Made by a program: the position numbers and the translations under genes. Of a stretch of 64,000 nt of DNA, positions 1-13,100 are shown in pieces. The notes below the pieces were generated by a model. It did not search any database. It worked only from the letters and a program-made list of their open reading frames with translations, and was not told the origin of the DNA. Every line of letters starts with the position of its first letter. Position 1 is the first letter of the stretch. The DNA is from Auanema rhodensis (lineage: Eukaryota > Animalia > Nematoda), in contig OZ059894.1 in NCBI GenBank assembly GCA_964057225.1, forward strand, positions 19,964,001-20,028,000. Reading direction: 5' to 3'.

Positions 1-143
1 TCTCGGTGCATTTTTAAGCTAGCGCAAATCTGATAACACAGATCGACGCAGCTTAAAAAGCCGCATCGAATGCACTATACTACATTGAAAAACGTTTAAT
101 ACAAAAATTAGTTATGATCGTTTGAAAAATGATGCATTAGTGT

Positions 144-171
144 ATGTTGAGTTTCCATGTACACTCAACAT
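144..171. other. Perfect 9-bp inverted repeat with 10-nt spacer; example copy, per monomer
   Basis: ATGTTGAGT-ttccatgtac-ACTCAACAT. Confidence 0.9.
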
Positions 172-185
172 TGCTTCCAAAAACA

Positions 186-218
186 TTTTGACAAAAATTT
201 TTTCGAAAAATTTCAAAA
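186..218. other. A/T-tract palindrome centred on a CpG; example copy, per monomer
   Basis: Perfect TTTTTCGAAAAA at 199-210, extendable with bulges by AAA/TTT and TTTTG/CAAAA. It overlaps AAAAATTTTT at 193-202. Confidence 0.8.
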
Positions 219-321
219 GAATTTAGCAAAAAGTAGATGTTTTTAGATTCCATTTTTCAAGGCAAAGACGATGGACAATGTTATTCAACGAAAAAATTAT
301 TTCTTCAGGGTGAAAATCGAG

Positions 322-343
322 GATATAAGTGTGAACTTATATC
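322..343. other. Perfect 9-bp inverted repeat with GTGA tetraloop; example copy, per monomer
   Basis: GATATAAGT-gtga-ACTTATATC. In consensus monomers it overlaps a second dyad, ATATCA-gt-TGATAT. Confidence 0.9.
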
Positions 344-1055
344 AGTTGATTTCTCGGTGCATTTTTAAGCTAGCGCAAATCTGATAACACAGATCGACGC
401 AGCTTAAAAAGCCGCATCGAATGCACTATACTACATTGAAAAACGTTTAATACAAAAATTAGTTATGATCGTTTGAAAAATGATGCATTAGTGTATGTTG
501 AGTTTCCATGTACACTCAACATTGCTTCCAAAAACATTTTGACAAAAATTTTTTCGAAAAATTTCAAAAGAATTTAGCAAAAAGTAGATGTTTTTAGATT
601 CCATTTTTCAAGGCAAAGACGATAGACAATGTTATTCAACGAAAAAATTAATTCTTTAGGGTGAAAATCGAGGATATAAGTGTGAACTTATATCAGTTGA
701 TATCTCGGTGCATTTTTAAGCTAGCGCAAATCTGATCACACAGATCGACGCAGCTTGAGAATCCGCATCGAATGCACTATACTACATTGAGAAACGCTTA
801 ATACACAAATTAGTTATGATCGTTTGAAAAATGATGCATTAGTGTATGTTGAGTTTCCATGTACACTCAATATTGCTTCCAAAAACATTTTGACAAAAAT
901 TTTTTCGAAAAATTTCAAAAGAATTTAGCAAAAAGTAGATGTTTTTAGATTCAATTTTTCAAGGCAAAGATGATGGACAATGTTATTCAACGAAAAAATC
1001 ATTTCTTCAGGGTGAAAATCGGGGATATAAGTGTGAACTTATATCAGTTGATATC

Positions 1056-1122
1056 TCGGTGCATTTTTAAGCTAGCGCAAATCTGATAACACAGATCGAC
1101 GCAGCTTAAAAATCCGCATCGA
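1056..1122. other. Long imperfect inverted repeat (monomer positions 3-69); example copy, present in every monomer
   Basis: Pairs are TCGGTGC/GCATCGA (one G-T), ATTTTTAAGCT/AGCTTAAAAAT (11 bp perfect), GCG/CGC and ATCTG/CAGAT, closing the loop ATAACA. Confidence 0.85.
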
Positions 1123-4100
1123 ATGCACTATACTACATTGAGAAACGCTTGATACAAAAATTAGTTATGATCGTTTGAAAAATGATGCATTAGTGTATGT
1201 TGAGTTTCCATGTACACTCAACATTGCTTCCAAAAACATTTTGACAAAAATTTTTTCGAAAAATTTCAAGAGAATTTAGCAAAAAGTAGATGTTTTTAGA
1301 TTCCATTTTTCAAGGCAAAGACGATGGACAATGTTATTCAACGGAAAAATTAATTCTTTAGGGTGAAAATCGAGGATATAAGTGTGAACTTATATCAGTT
1401 GATATCTCGGTGCATTTTTAAGCTAGCGCAAATCTGATCACACAGATCGACGCAGCTTAAAAATCCGCATCGAATGCACTATACTACATTGAGAAACGCT
1501 TGATACAAAAATTAGTTATGATCGTTTGAAAAATGATGCATTAGTGTATGTTGAGTTTCCATGTACACTCAACATTGCTTCCAAAAACATTTTGACAAAA
1601 ATTTTTTCGAAAAATTTCAAAAGAATTTAGCAAAAAGTAGATGTTTTTAGATTCCATTTTTCAAGGCAAAGACGATGGACAATGTTATTCAACGGAAAAA
1701 TTAATTCTTTAGGGTGAAAATCGAGGATATAAGTGTGAACTTATATCAGTTGATATCTCGGTGCATTTTTAAGCTAGCGCAAATCTGATCACACAGATCG
1801 ACGCAGCTTAAAAATCCGCATCGAATGCACTATACTACATTGAGAAACGCTTAATACACAAATTAGTTATGATCGTTTGAAAAATGATGCATTAGTGTAT
1901 GTTGAGTTTCCATGTACACTCAACATTGCTTCCAAAAACATTTTGACAAAATTTTTTCGAAAAATTTCAAAATAATTTAGCAAAAAGTAGATGTTTTTGG
2001 ATTCCTTTTTTCAAGGCAAAGACGATGGACAATGTTATTCAACGAAAAAATTAATTCTTCAGGGTGAAAATCGAGGATATAAGTGTGAACTTATATCAGT
2101 TGATATCTCGGTGCATTTTTAAGCTAGCGCAAATCTGATAACACAGATCGACGCAGCTTGAAAATCCGCATCGAATGCACTATACTACATTGAGAAACGC
2201 TTAATACAAAAATTAGTTATGATCGTTTGAAAAATGATGCATTAGTGTATGTTGAGTTTCCATGTACACTCAACATTGCTTCCAAAAACATTTTGACAAA
2301 AATTTTTTCGAAAAATTTCAAAAGAATTTAGCAAAAAGTAGATGTTTTTAGATTCCTTTTTTCAAGGCAAAGACGATGGACAATGTTATTCAACGAAAAA
2401 ATTAATTCTTCAGGGTGAAAATCGAGGATATAAGTGTGAACTTATATCAGTTGATATCTCGGTGCATTTTTAAGCTAGCGCAAATCTGATAACACAGATC
2501 GACGCAGCTTAAAAATCCGCATCGAATGCACTATACTACATTGAGAAACGCTTAATACACAAATTAGTTATGATCGTTTGAAAAATGATGCATTAGTGTA
2601 TGTTGAGTTTCCATGTACACTCAACATTGCTTCCAAAAACATTTTGACAAAAATTTTTTCGAAAAATTTCAAAATAATTTAGCAAAAAGTAGATGTTTTT
2701 GGATTCCTTTTTTCAAGGCAAAGACGATGGACAATGTTATTCAACGAAAAAATTAATTCTTCAGGGTGAAAATCGAGGATATAAGTGTGAACTTATATCA
2801 GTTGATATCTCGGTGCATTTTTAAGCTAGCGCAAATCTGATAACACAGATCGACGCAGCTTAAAAATCCGCATCGAATGCACTATACTACATGGAAGAAC
2901 GCTTAATACAAAAATTAGTTATGATCGTTTGAAAAATGATGCATTAGTGTATGTTGAGTTTCCATGTACACTCAATATTGCTTCCAAAAACATTTTGACA
3001 AAAATTTTTTCGAAAAATTTCAAAATAATTTAGCAAAAAGTAGATGTTTTTAGATTCCTTTTTTCAAGGCAAAGACGATGGACAATGTTATTCAACGAAA
3101 AAATCATTTCTTCAGGGTGAAAATCGAGGATATAAGTGTGAACTTATATCAGTTGATATCTCGGTGCATTTTTAAGCTAGCGCAAATCTGATAACACAGA
3201 TCGACGCAGCTTAAAAATCCGCATCGAATGCACTATACTACATTGAGAAACGCTCAATACAAAACTTAGTTATGATCGTTTGAAAAATGATGCATTAGTG
3301 TATATTGAAATTCCATGTACACTCAACATTGCTTCCAAAAACATTTTGACTAAAATTTTTTCGAAAAATTTCAAAATAATTTAGCAAAAAGTAGATGTTT
3401 TTAGATTCCTTTTTTTAAGGCAAAGACGATGGACAATGTTATTCAACGAAAAAATTATTTCTTCAGGGTGAAAATCGAGGATATAAGTGTGAACCTATAT
3501 CAGTTGATTTCTCGGTGCATTTTTAAGCTAGCGCAAATCTGATAACACAGATCGACGCAGCTTAAAAAGCCGCATCGAATGCACTATACTACATTGAAAA
3601 ACGTTTAATACAAAAATTAGTTATGATCGTTTGAAAAATGATGCATTAGTGTATGTTGAGTTTCCATGTACACTCAACATTGCTTCCAAAAACATTTTGA
3701 CAAAAATTTTTTCGAAAAATTTCAAAAGAATTTAGCAAAAAGTAGATGTTTTTAGATTCCATTTTTCAAGGCAAAGACGATAGACAATGTTATTCAACGA
3801 AAAAATTAATTCTTTAGGGTGAAAATCGAGGATATAAGTGTGAACTTATATCAGTTGATATCTCGGTGCATTTTTAAGCTAGCGCAAATCTGATCACACA
3901 GATCGACGCAGCTTGAGAATCCGCATCGAATGCACTATACTACATTGAGAAACGCTTAATACACAAATTAGTTATGATCGTTTGAAAAATGATGCATTAG
4001 TGTATGTTGAGTTTCCATGTACACTCAATATTGCTTCCAAAAACATTTTGACAAAAATTTTTTCGAAAAATTTCAAAAGAATTTAGCAAAAAGTAGATGT

Positions 4101-7100
4101 TTTTAGATTCCATTTTTCAAGGCAAAGATGATGGACAATGTTATTCAACGAAAAAATCATTTTTTCAGGGTGAAAATCGAGGATATAAGTGTGAACTTAT
4201 ATCAGTTGATATCTCGGTGCATTTTTAAGCTAGCGCAAATCTGATAACACAGATCGACGCAGCTTAAAAATCCGCATCGAATGCACTATACTACATTGAG
4301 AAACGCTTGATACAAAAATTAGTTATGATCGTTTGAAAAATGATGCATTAGTGTATGTTGAGTTTCCATGTACACTCAATATTGCTTCCAAAAACATTTT
4401 GACAAAAATTTTTTCGAAAAATTTCAAAAGAATTTAGCAAAAAGTAGATGTTTTTAGATTCCATTTTTCAAGGCAAAGACGATGGACAATGTTATTCAAC
4501 GGAAAAATTAATTCTTTAGGGTGAAAATCGAGGATATAAGTGTGAACTTATATCAGTTGATATCTCGGTGCATTTTTAAGCTAGCGCAAATCTGATCACA
4601 CAGATCGACGCAGCTTAAAAATCCGCATCGAATGCACTATACTACATTGAGAAACGCTTGATACAAAAATTAGTTATGATCGTTTGAAAAATGATGCATT
4701 AGTGTATGTTGAGTTTCCATGTACACTCAACATTGCTTCCAAAAACATTTTGACAAAAATTTTTTCGAAAAATTTCAAAAGAATTTAGCAAAAAGTAGAT
4801 GTTTTTAGATTCCATTTTTCAAGGCAAAGACGATGGACAATGTTATTCAACGGAAAAATTAATTCTTTAGGGTGAAAATCGAGGATATAAGTGTGAACTT
4901 ATATCAGTTGATATCTCGGTGCATTTTTAAGCTAGCGCAAATCTGATCACACAGATCGACGCAGCTTAAAAATCCGCATCGAATGCACTATACTACATTG
5001 AGAAACGCTTAATACACAAATTAGTTATGATCGTTTGAAAAATGATGCATTAGTGTATGTTGAGTTTCCATGTACACTCAACATTGCTTCCAAAAACATT
5101 TTGACAAAAATTTTTTCGAAAAATTTCAAAATAATTTAGCAAAAAGTAGATGTTTTTGGATTCCTTTTTTCAAGGCAAAGACGATGGACAATGTTATTCA
5201 ACGAAAAAATTAATTCTTCAGGGTGAAAATCGAGGATATAAGTGTGAACTTATATCAGTTGATATCTCGGTGCATTTTTAAGCTAGCGCAAATCTGATAA
5301 CACAGATCGACGCAGCTTAAAAATCCGCATCGAATGCACTATACTACATTGAGAAACGCTTGATACAAAAATTAGTTATGATCGTTTGAAAAATGATGCA
5401 TTAGTGTATGTTGAGTTTCCATGTACACTCAACATTGCTTCCAAAAACATTTTGACAAAAATTTTTTCGAAAAATTTCAAAAGAATTTAGCAAAAAGTAG
5501 ATGTTTTTAGATTCCATTTTTCAAGGCAAAGACGATGGACAATGTTATTCAACGGAAAAATTAATTCTTTAGGGTGAAAATCGAGGATATAAGTGTGAAC
5601 TTATATCAGTTGATATCTCGGTGCATTTTTAAGCTAGCGCAAATCTGATCACACAGATCGACGCAGCTTAAAAATCCGCATCGAATGCACTATACTACAT
5701 TGAGAAACGCTTAATACACAAATTAGTTATGATCGTTTGAAAAATGATGCATTAGTGTATGTTGAGTTTCCATGTACACTCAACATTGCTTCCAAAAACA
5801 TTTTGACAAAAATTTTTTCGAAAAATTTCAAAATAATTTAGCAAAAAGTAGATGTTTTTGGATTCCTTTTTTCAAGGCAAAGACGATGGACAATGTTATT
5901 CAACGAAAAAATTAATTCTTCAGGGTGAAAATCGAGGATATAAGTGTGAACTTATATCAGTTGATATCTCGGTGCATTTTTAAGCTAGCGCAAATCTGAT
6001 AACACAGATCGACGCAGCTTAAAAATCCGCATCGAATGCACTATACTACATTGAGAAACGCTTAATACAAAAATTAGTTATGATCGTTTGAAAAATGATG
6101 CATTAGTGTATATTGAAATTCCATGTACACTCAACATTGCTTCCAAAAACATTTTGACTAAAATTTTTTTGAAAAATTTCAAAATAATTTAGCAAAAAGT
6201 AGATGTTTTTAGATTCCTTTTTTCAAGGCAAAGACGATGGACAATGTTATTCAACGAAAAAATTAATTCTTCAGGGTGAAAATCGAGGATATAAGTGTGA
6301 ATTATATCAGTTGATATCTCGGTGCATTTTTAAGCTAGCGCAAATCTGATAACACAGATCGACGCAGCTTAAAAATCCGCATCGAATGCACTATACTACA
6401 TTGAGAAACGCTTGATACAAAAATTAGTTATGATCGTTTGAAAAATGATGCATTAGTGTATGTTGAGTTTCCATGTACACTCAATATTGCTTCCAAAAAC
6501 ATTTTGACAAAAATTTTTTCGAAAAATTTCAAAATAATTTAGCAAAAAGTAGATGTTTTTCGATTCCATTTTTCAAGGCAAAGACGATAGACAATGTTAT
6601 TTAACGAAAAAATTAATTCTTCAGGGTGAAAATCGAGGATATAAGTGTGAACTTATATCAGTTGATATCTCGGTGCATTTTTAAGCTAGCGCAAATCTGA
6701 TAACACAGATCGACGCAGCTTAAAAATCCGCATCGAATGCACTATACTACATTGAAAAACGCTTAATACAAAAATTAGTTATGATCGTTTGAAAAATGAT
6801 GCATTAGTGTATGTTGAGTTTCCATGTACACTCAATATTGCTTCCAAAAACATTTTGACAAAAATTTTTTCGAAAAATTTCAAAATAATTTAGCAAAAAG
6901 TAGATGTTTTTAGATTCCTTTTTTCAAGGCAAAGACGATGGACAATGTTATTCAACGAAAAAATTAGTTCTTCAGGGTGAAAATCGAGGATATAAGTGTG
7001 AACCTATATCAGTTGATTTCTCGGTGCATTTTTAAGCTAGCGCAAATCTGATAACACAGATCGACGCAGCTTAAAAAGCCGCATCGAATGCACTATACTA

Positions 7101-10100
7101 CATTGAAAAACGTTTAATACAAAAATTAGTTATGATCGTTTGAAAAATGATGCATTAGTGTATGTTGAGTTTCCATGTACACTCAACATTGCTTCCAAAA
7201 ACATTTTGACAAAAATTTTTTCGAAAAATTTCAAAAGAATTTAGCAAAAAGTAGATGTTTTTAGATTCCATTTTTCAAGGCAAAGACGATAGACAATGTT
7301 ATTCAACAAAAAAATTAATTCTTTAGGGTGAAAATCGAGGATATAAGTGTGAACTTATATCAGTTGATATCTCGGTGCATTTTTAAGCTAGCGCAAATCT
7401 GATCACACAGATCGACGCAGCTTGAGAATCCGCATCGAATGCACTATACTACATTGAAAAACGCTTAATACACAAATTAGTTATGATCGTTTGAAAAATG
7501 ATGCATTAGTGTATGTTGAGTTTCCATGTACACTCAATATTGCTTCCAAAAACATTTTGACAAAAATTTTTTCGAAAAATTTCAAAAGAATTTAGCAAAA
7601 AGTAGATGTTTTTAGATTCCATTTTTCAAGGCAAAGATGATGGACAATGTTATTCAACGAAAAAATCATTTCTTCAGGGTGAAAATCGAGGATATAAGTG
7701 TGAACTTATATCAGTTGATATCTCGGTGCATTTTTAAGCTAGCGCAAATCTGATAACACAGATCGACGCAGCTTAAAAATCCGCATCGAATGCACTATAC
7801 TACATTGAGAAACGCTTGATACAAAAATTAGTTATGATCGTTTGAAAAATGATGCATTAGTGTATGTTGAGTTTCCATGTACACTCAATATTGCTTCCAA
7901 AAACATTTTGACAAAAATTTTTTCGAAAAATTTCAAAAGAATTTAGCAAAAAGTAGATGTTTTTAGATTCCATTTTTCAAGGCAAAGACGATGGACAATG
8001 TTATTCAACGGAAAAATTAATTCTTTAGGGTGAAAATCGAGGATATAAGTGTGAACTTATATCAGTTGATATCTCGGTGCATTTTTAAGCTAGCGCAAAT
8101 CTGATCACACAGATCGACGCAGCTTAAAAATCCGCATCGAATGCACTATACTACATTGAGAAACGCTTGATACAAAAATTAGTTATGATCGTTTGAAAAA
8201 TGATGCATTAGTGTATGTTGAGTTTCCATGTACACTCAACATTGCTTCCAAAAACATTTTGACAAAAATTTTTTCGAAAAATTTCAAAAGAATTTAGCAA
8301 AAAGTAGATGTTTTTAGATTCCATTTTTCAAGGCAAAGACGATGGACAATGTTATTCAACGGAAAAATTAATTCTTTAGGGTGAAAATCGAGGATATAAG
8401 TGTGAACTTATATCAGTTGATATCTCGGTGCATTTTTAAGCTAGCGCAAATCTGATCACACAGATCGACGCAGCTTAAAAATCCGCATCGAATGCACTAT
8501 ACTACATTGAGAAACGCTTAATACACAAATTAGTTATGATCGTTTGAAAAATGATGCATTAGTGTATGTTGAGTTTCCATGTACACTCAACATTGCTTCC
8601 AAAAACATTTTGACAAAAATTTTTTCGAAAAATTTCAAAATAATTTAGCAAAAAGTAGATGTTTTTGGATTCCTTTTTTCAAGGCAAAGACGATGGACAA
8701 TGTTATTCAACGAAAAAATTAATTCTTCAGGGTGAAAATCGAGGATATAAGTGTGAACTTATATCAGTTGATATCTCGGTGCATTTTTAAGCTAGCGCAA
8801 ATCTGATAACACAGATCGACGCAGCTTAAAAATCCGCATCGAATGCACTATACTACATTGAGAAACGCTTAATACAAAAATTAGTTATGATCGTTTGAAA
8901 AATGATGCATTAGTGTATATTGAAATTCCATGTACACTCAACATTGCTTCCAAAAACATTTTGACTAAAATTTTTTTGAAAAATTTCAAAATAATTTAGC
9001 AAAAAGTAGATGTTTTTAGATTCCTTTTTTCAAGGCAAAGACGATGGACAATGTTATTCAACGAAAAAATTAATTCTTCAGGGTGAAAATCGAGGATATA
9101 AGTGTGAATTATATCAGTTGATATCTCGGTGCATTTTTAAGCTAGCGCAAATCTGATAACACAGATCGACGCAGCTTAAAAATCCGCATCGAATGCACTA
9201 TACTACATTGAGAAACGCTTAATACAAAAATTAGTTATGATCGTTTGAAAAATGATGCATTAGTGTATATTGAAATTCCATGTACACTCAACATTGCTTC
9301 CAAAAACATTTTGACAAAAATTTTTTCGAAAAATTTCAAAATAATTTAGCAAAAAGTAGATGTTTTTGGATTCCTTTTTTCAAGGCAAAGACGATGGACA
9401 ATGTTATTCAACGAAAAAATTAATTCTTCAGGGTGAAAATCGAGGATATAAGTGTGAATTATATCAGTTGATATCTCGGTGCATTTTTAAGCTAGCGCAA
9501 ATCTGATAACACAGATCGACGCAGCTTAAAAATCCGCATCGAATGCACTATACTACATTGAGAAACGCTTGATACAAAAATTAGTTATGATCGTTTGAAA
9601 AATGATGCATTAGTGTATGTTGAGTTTCCATGTACACTCAATATTGCTTCCAAAAACATTTTGACAAAAATTTTTTCGAAAAATTTCAAAATAATTTAGC
9701 AAAAAGTAGATGTTTTTCGATTCCATTTTTCAAGGCAAAGACGATAGACAATGTTATTTAACGAAAAAATTAATTCTTCAGGGTGAAAATCGAGGATATA
9801 AGTGTGATTTTATATCAGTTGATATCTCGGTGCATTTTTAAGCTAGCGCAAATCTGATAACACAGATCGACGCAGCTTAAAAATCCGCATCGAATGCACT
9901 ATACTACATTGAAAAACGCTTAATACAAAAATTAGTTATGATCGTTTGAAAAATGATGCATTAGTGTATGTTGAGTTTCCATGTACACTCAATATTGCTT
10001 CCAAAAACATTTTGACAAAAATTTTTTCGAAAAATTTCAAAATAATTTAGCAAAAAGTAGATGTTTTTAGATTCCTTTTTTCAAGGCAAAGACGATGGAC

Positions 10101-10175
10101 AATGTTATTCAACGAAAAAATTATTTCTTCAGGGTGAAAATCGAGGATATAAGTGTGAACCTATATCAGTTGATT

Positions 10176-13100
10176 TCTCGGTGCATTTTTAAGCTAGCGC
10201 AAATCTGATAACACAGATCGACGCAGCTTAAAAAGCCGCATCGAATGCACTATACTACATTGAAAAACGTTTAATACAAAAATTAGTTATGATCGTTTGA
10301 AAAATGATGCATTAGTGTATGTTGAGTTTCCATGTACACTCAACATTGCTTCCAAAAACATTTTGACAAAAATTTTTTCGAAAAATTTCAAAAGAATTTA
10401 GCAAAAAGTAGATGTTTTTAGATTCCATTTTTCAAGGCAAAGACGATAGACAATGTTATTCAACGAAAAAATTAATTCTTTAGGGTGAAAATCGAGGATA
10501 TAAGTGTGAACTTATATCAGTTGATATCTCGGTGCATTTTTAAGCTAGCGCAAATCTGATCACACAGATCGACGCAGCTTGAGAATCCGCATCGAATGCA
10601 CTATACTACATTGAGAAACGCTTAATACACAAATTAGTTATGATCGTTTGAAAAATGATGCATTAGTGTATGTTGAGTTTCCATGTACACTCAATATTGC
10701 TTCCAAAAACATTTTGACAAAAATTTTTTCGAAAAATTTCAAAAGAATTTAGCAAAAAGTAGATGTTTTTAGATTCCATTTTTCAAGGCAAAGATGATGG
10801 ACAATGTTATTCAACGAAAAAATCATTTCTTCAGGGTGAAAATCGAGGATATAAGTGTGAACCTATATCAGTTGATTTCTCGGTGCATTTTTAAGCTAGC
10901 GCAAATCTGATCACACAGATGGACGCAGCTTGAGAATCCGCATCGAATGCACTATACTACATTGAGAAACGCTTAATACACAAATTAGTTATGATCGTTT
11001 GAAAAATGATGCATTAGTGTATGTTGAGTTTCCATGTACACTCAACATTGCTTCCAAAAACATTTTGACAAAAATTTTTTCGAAAAATTTCAAAAGAATT
11101 TAGCAAAAAGTAGATGTTTTTAGATTCCATTTTTCAAGGCAAAGACGATGGACAATGTTATTCAACGGAAAAATTAATTCTTTAGGGTGAAAATCGAGGA
11201 TATAAGTGTGAACTTATATCAGTTGATATCTCGGTGCATTTTTAAGCTAGCGCAAATCTGATAACACAGATCGACGCAGCTTGAGAATCCGCATCGAATG
11301 CACTATACTACATTGAGAAACGCTTAATACACAAATTAGTTATGATCGTTTGAAAAATGATGCATTAGTGTATGTTGAGTTTCCATGTACACTCAATATT
11401 GCTTCCAAAAACATTTTGACAAAAATTTTTTCGAAAAATTTCAAAAGAATTTAGCAAAAAGTAGATGTTTTTAGATTCCATTTTTCAAAGCAAAGACGAT
11501 AGACAATGTTATTCAACGAAAAAATTAATTCTTTAGGGTGAAAATCGAGGATATAAGTGTGAACTTATATCAGTTGATATCTCGGTGCATTTTTAAGCTA
11601 GCGCAAATCTGATCACACAGATCGACGCAGCTTGAGAATCCGCATCGAATGCACTATACTACATTGAGAAACGCTTAATACACAAATTAGTTATGATCGT
11701 TTGAAAAATGATGCATTAGTGTATGTTGAGTTTCCATGTACACTCAATATTGCTTCCAAAAACATTTTGACAAAAATTTTTTCGAAAAATTTCAAAAGAA
11801 TTTAGCAAAAAGTAGATGTTTTTGGATTCCATTTTTCAAGGCAAAGATGATGGACAATGTTATTCAACGAAAAAATCATTTCTTCAGGGTGAAAATCGAG
11901 GATATAAGTGTGAACCTATATCAGTTGATTTCTCGGTGCATTTTTAAGCTAGCGCAAATCTGATCACACAGATGGACGCAGCTTGAGAATCCGCATCGAA
12001 TGCACTATACTACATTGAGAAACGCTTAATACACAAATTAGTTATGATCGTTTGAAAAATGATGCATTAGTGTATGTTGAGTTTCCATGTACACTCAACA
12101 TTGCTTCCAAAAACATTTTGACAAAAATTTTTTCGAAAAATTTCAAAAGAATTTAGCAAAAAGTAGATGTTTTTAGATTCCATTTTTCAAGGCAAAGACG
12201 ATGGACAATGTTATTCAACGGAAAAATTAATTCTTTAGGGTGAAAATCGAGGATATAAGTGTGAACTTATATCAGTTGATATCTCGGTGCATTTTTAAGC
12301 TAGCGCAAATCTGATAACACAGATCGACGCAGCTTGAGAATCCGCATCGAATGCACTATACTACATTGAGAAACGCTTAATACACAAATTAGTTATGATC
12401 GTTTGAAAAATGATGCATTAGTGTATGTTGAGTTTCCATGTACACTCAACATTGCTTCCAAAAACATTTTGACAAAAATTTTTTCGAAAAATTTCAAAAT
12501 AATTTAGCAAAAAGTAGATGTTTTTGGATTCTTTTTTTCAAGGCAAAGACGATGGACAATGTTATTCAACGAAAAAATTAATTCTTCAGGGTGAAAATCG
12601 AGGATATAAGTGTGAACTTATATCAGTTGATATCTCGGTGCATTTTTAAGCTAGCGCAAATCTGATAACACAGATCGACGCAGCTTAAAAATCCGCATCG
12701 AATGCACTATACTACATTGAGAAACGCTTAATACAAAAATTAGTTATGATCGTTTGAAAAATGATGCATTAGTGTATATTGAAATTCCATGTACACTCAA
12801 CATTGCTTCCAAAAACATTTTGACTAAAATTTTTTTGAAAAATTTCAAAATAATTTAGCAAAAAGTAGATGTTTTTAGATTCCTTTTTTCAAGGCAAAGA
12901 CGATGGACAATGTTATTCAACGAAAAAATTAATTCTTCAGGGTGAAAATCGAGGATATAAGTGTGAATTATATCAGTTGATATCTCGGTGCATTTTTAAG
13001 CTAGCGCAAATCTGATAACACAGATCGACGCAGCTTAAAAATCCGCATCGAATGCACTATACTACATTGAAAAACGCTTAATACAAAAATTAGTTATGAT

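Noticed and set aside
25-130. Satellite-encoded hammerhead ribozyme (CTGATAA resembles CUGANGA)
   Set aside because: The essential G of the core is missing, the motif sits in a hairpin apex, and I could not build the three-stem junction on either strand. An Infernal/Rfam search would settle it.
201-217. CENP-B box
   Set aside because: TTCGnnnnA matches, but the required CGGG is replaced by TCAA.
1-351. Assignment to a named ~350-360 bp satellite (Drosophila 1.688 family, tenebrionid beetle satellites) or to a 5S/tRNA/snRNA tandem gene unit
   Set aside because: Only length and AT content are similar. I recognise no diagnostic sequence or Pol III gene structure, so a database search is needed.
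322-373. Helitron-like 3' end (hairpin followed by CTAG)
   Set aside because: The hairpin is AT-rich, lies ~26 nt from the CTAG, and no other element hallmarks are present.
11736-11963. 75-aa + strand ORF
   Set aside because: It is satellite sequence in which two variants (TAG>TGG, TAA>CAT) happen to coincide. This frame has about 9 stops per 117 codons in the consensus, and I recognise no domain.
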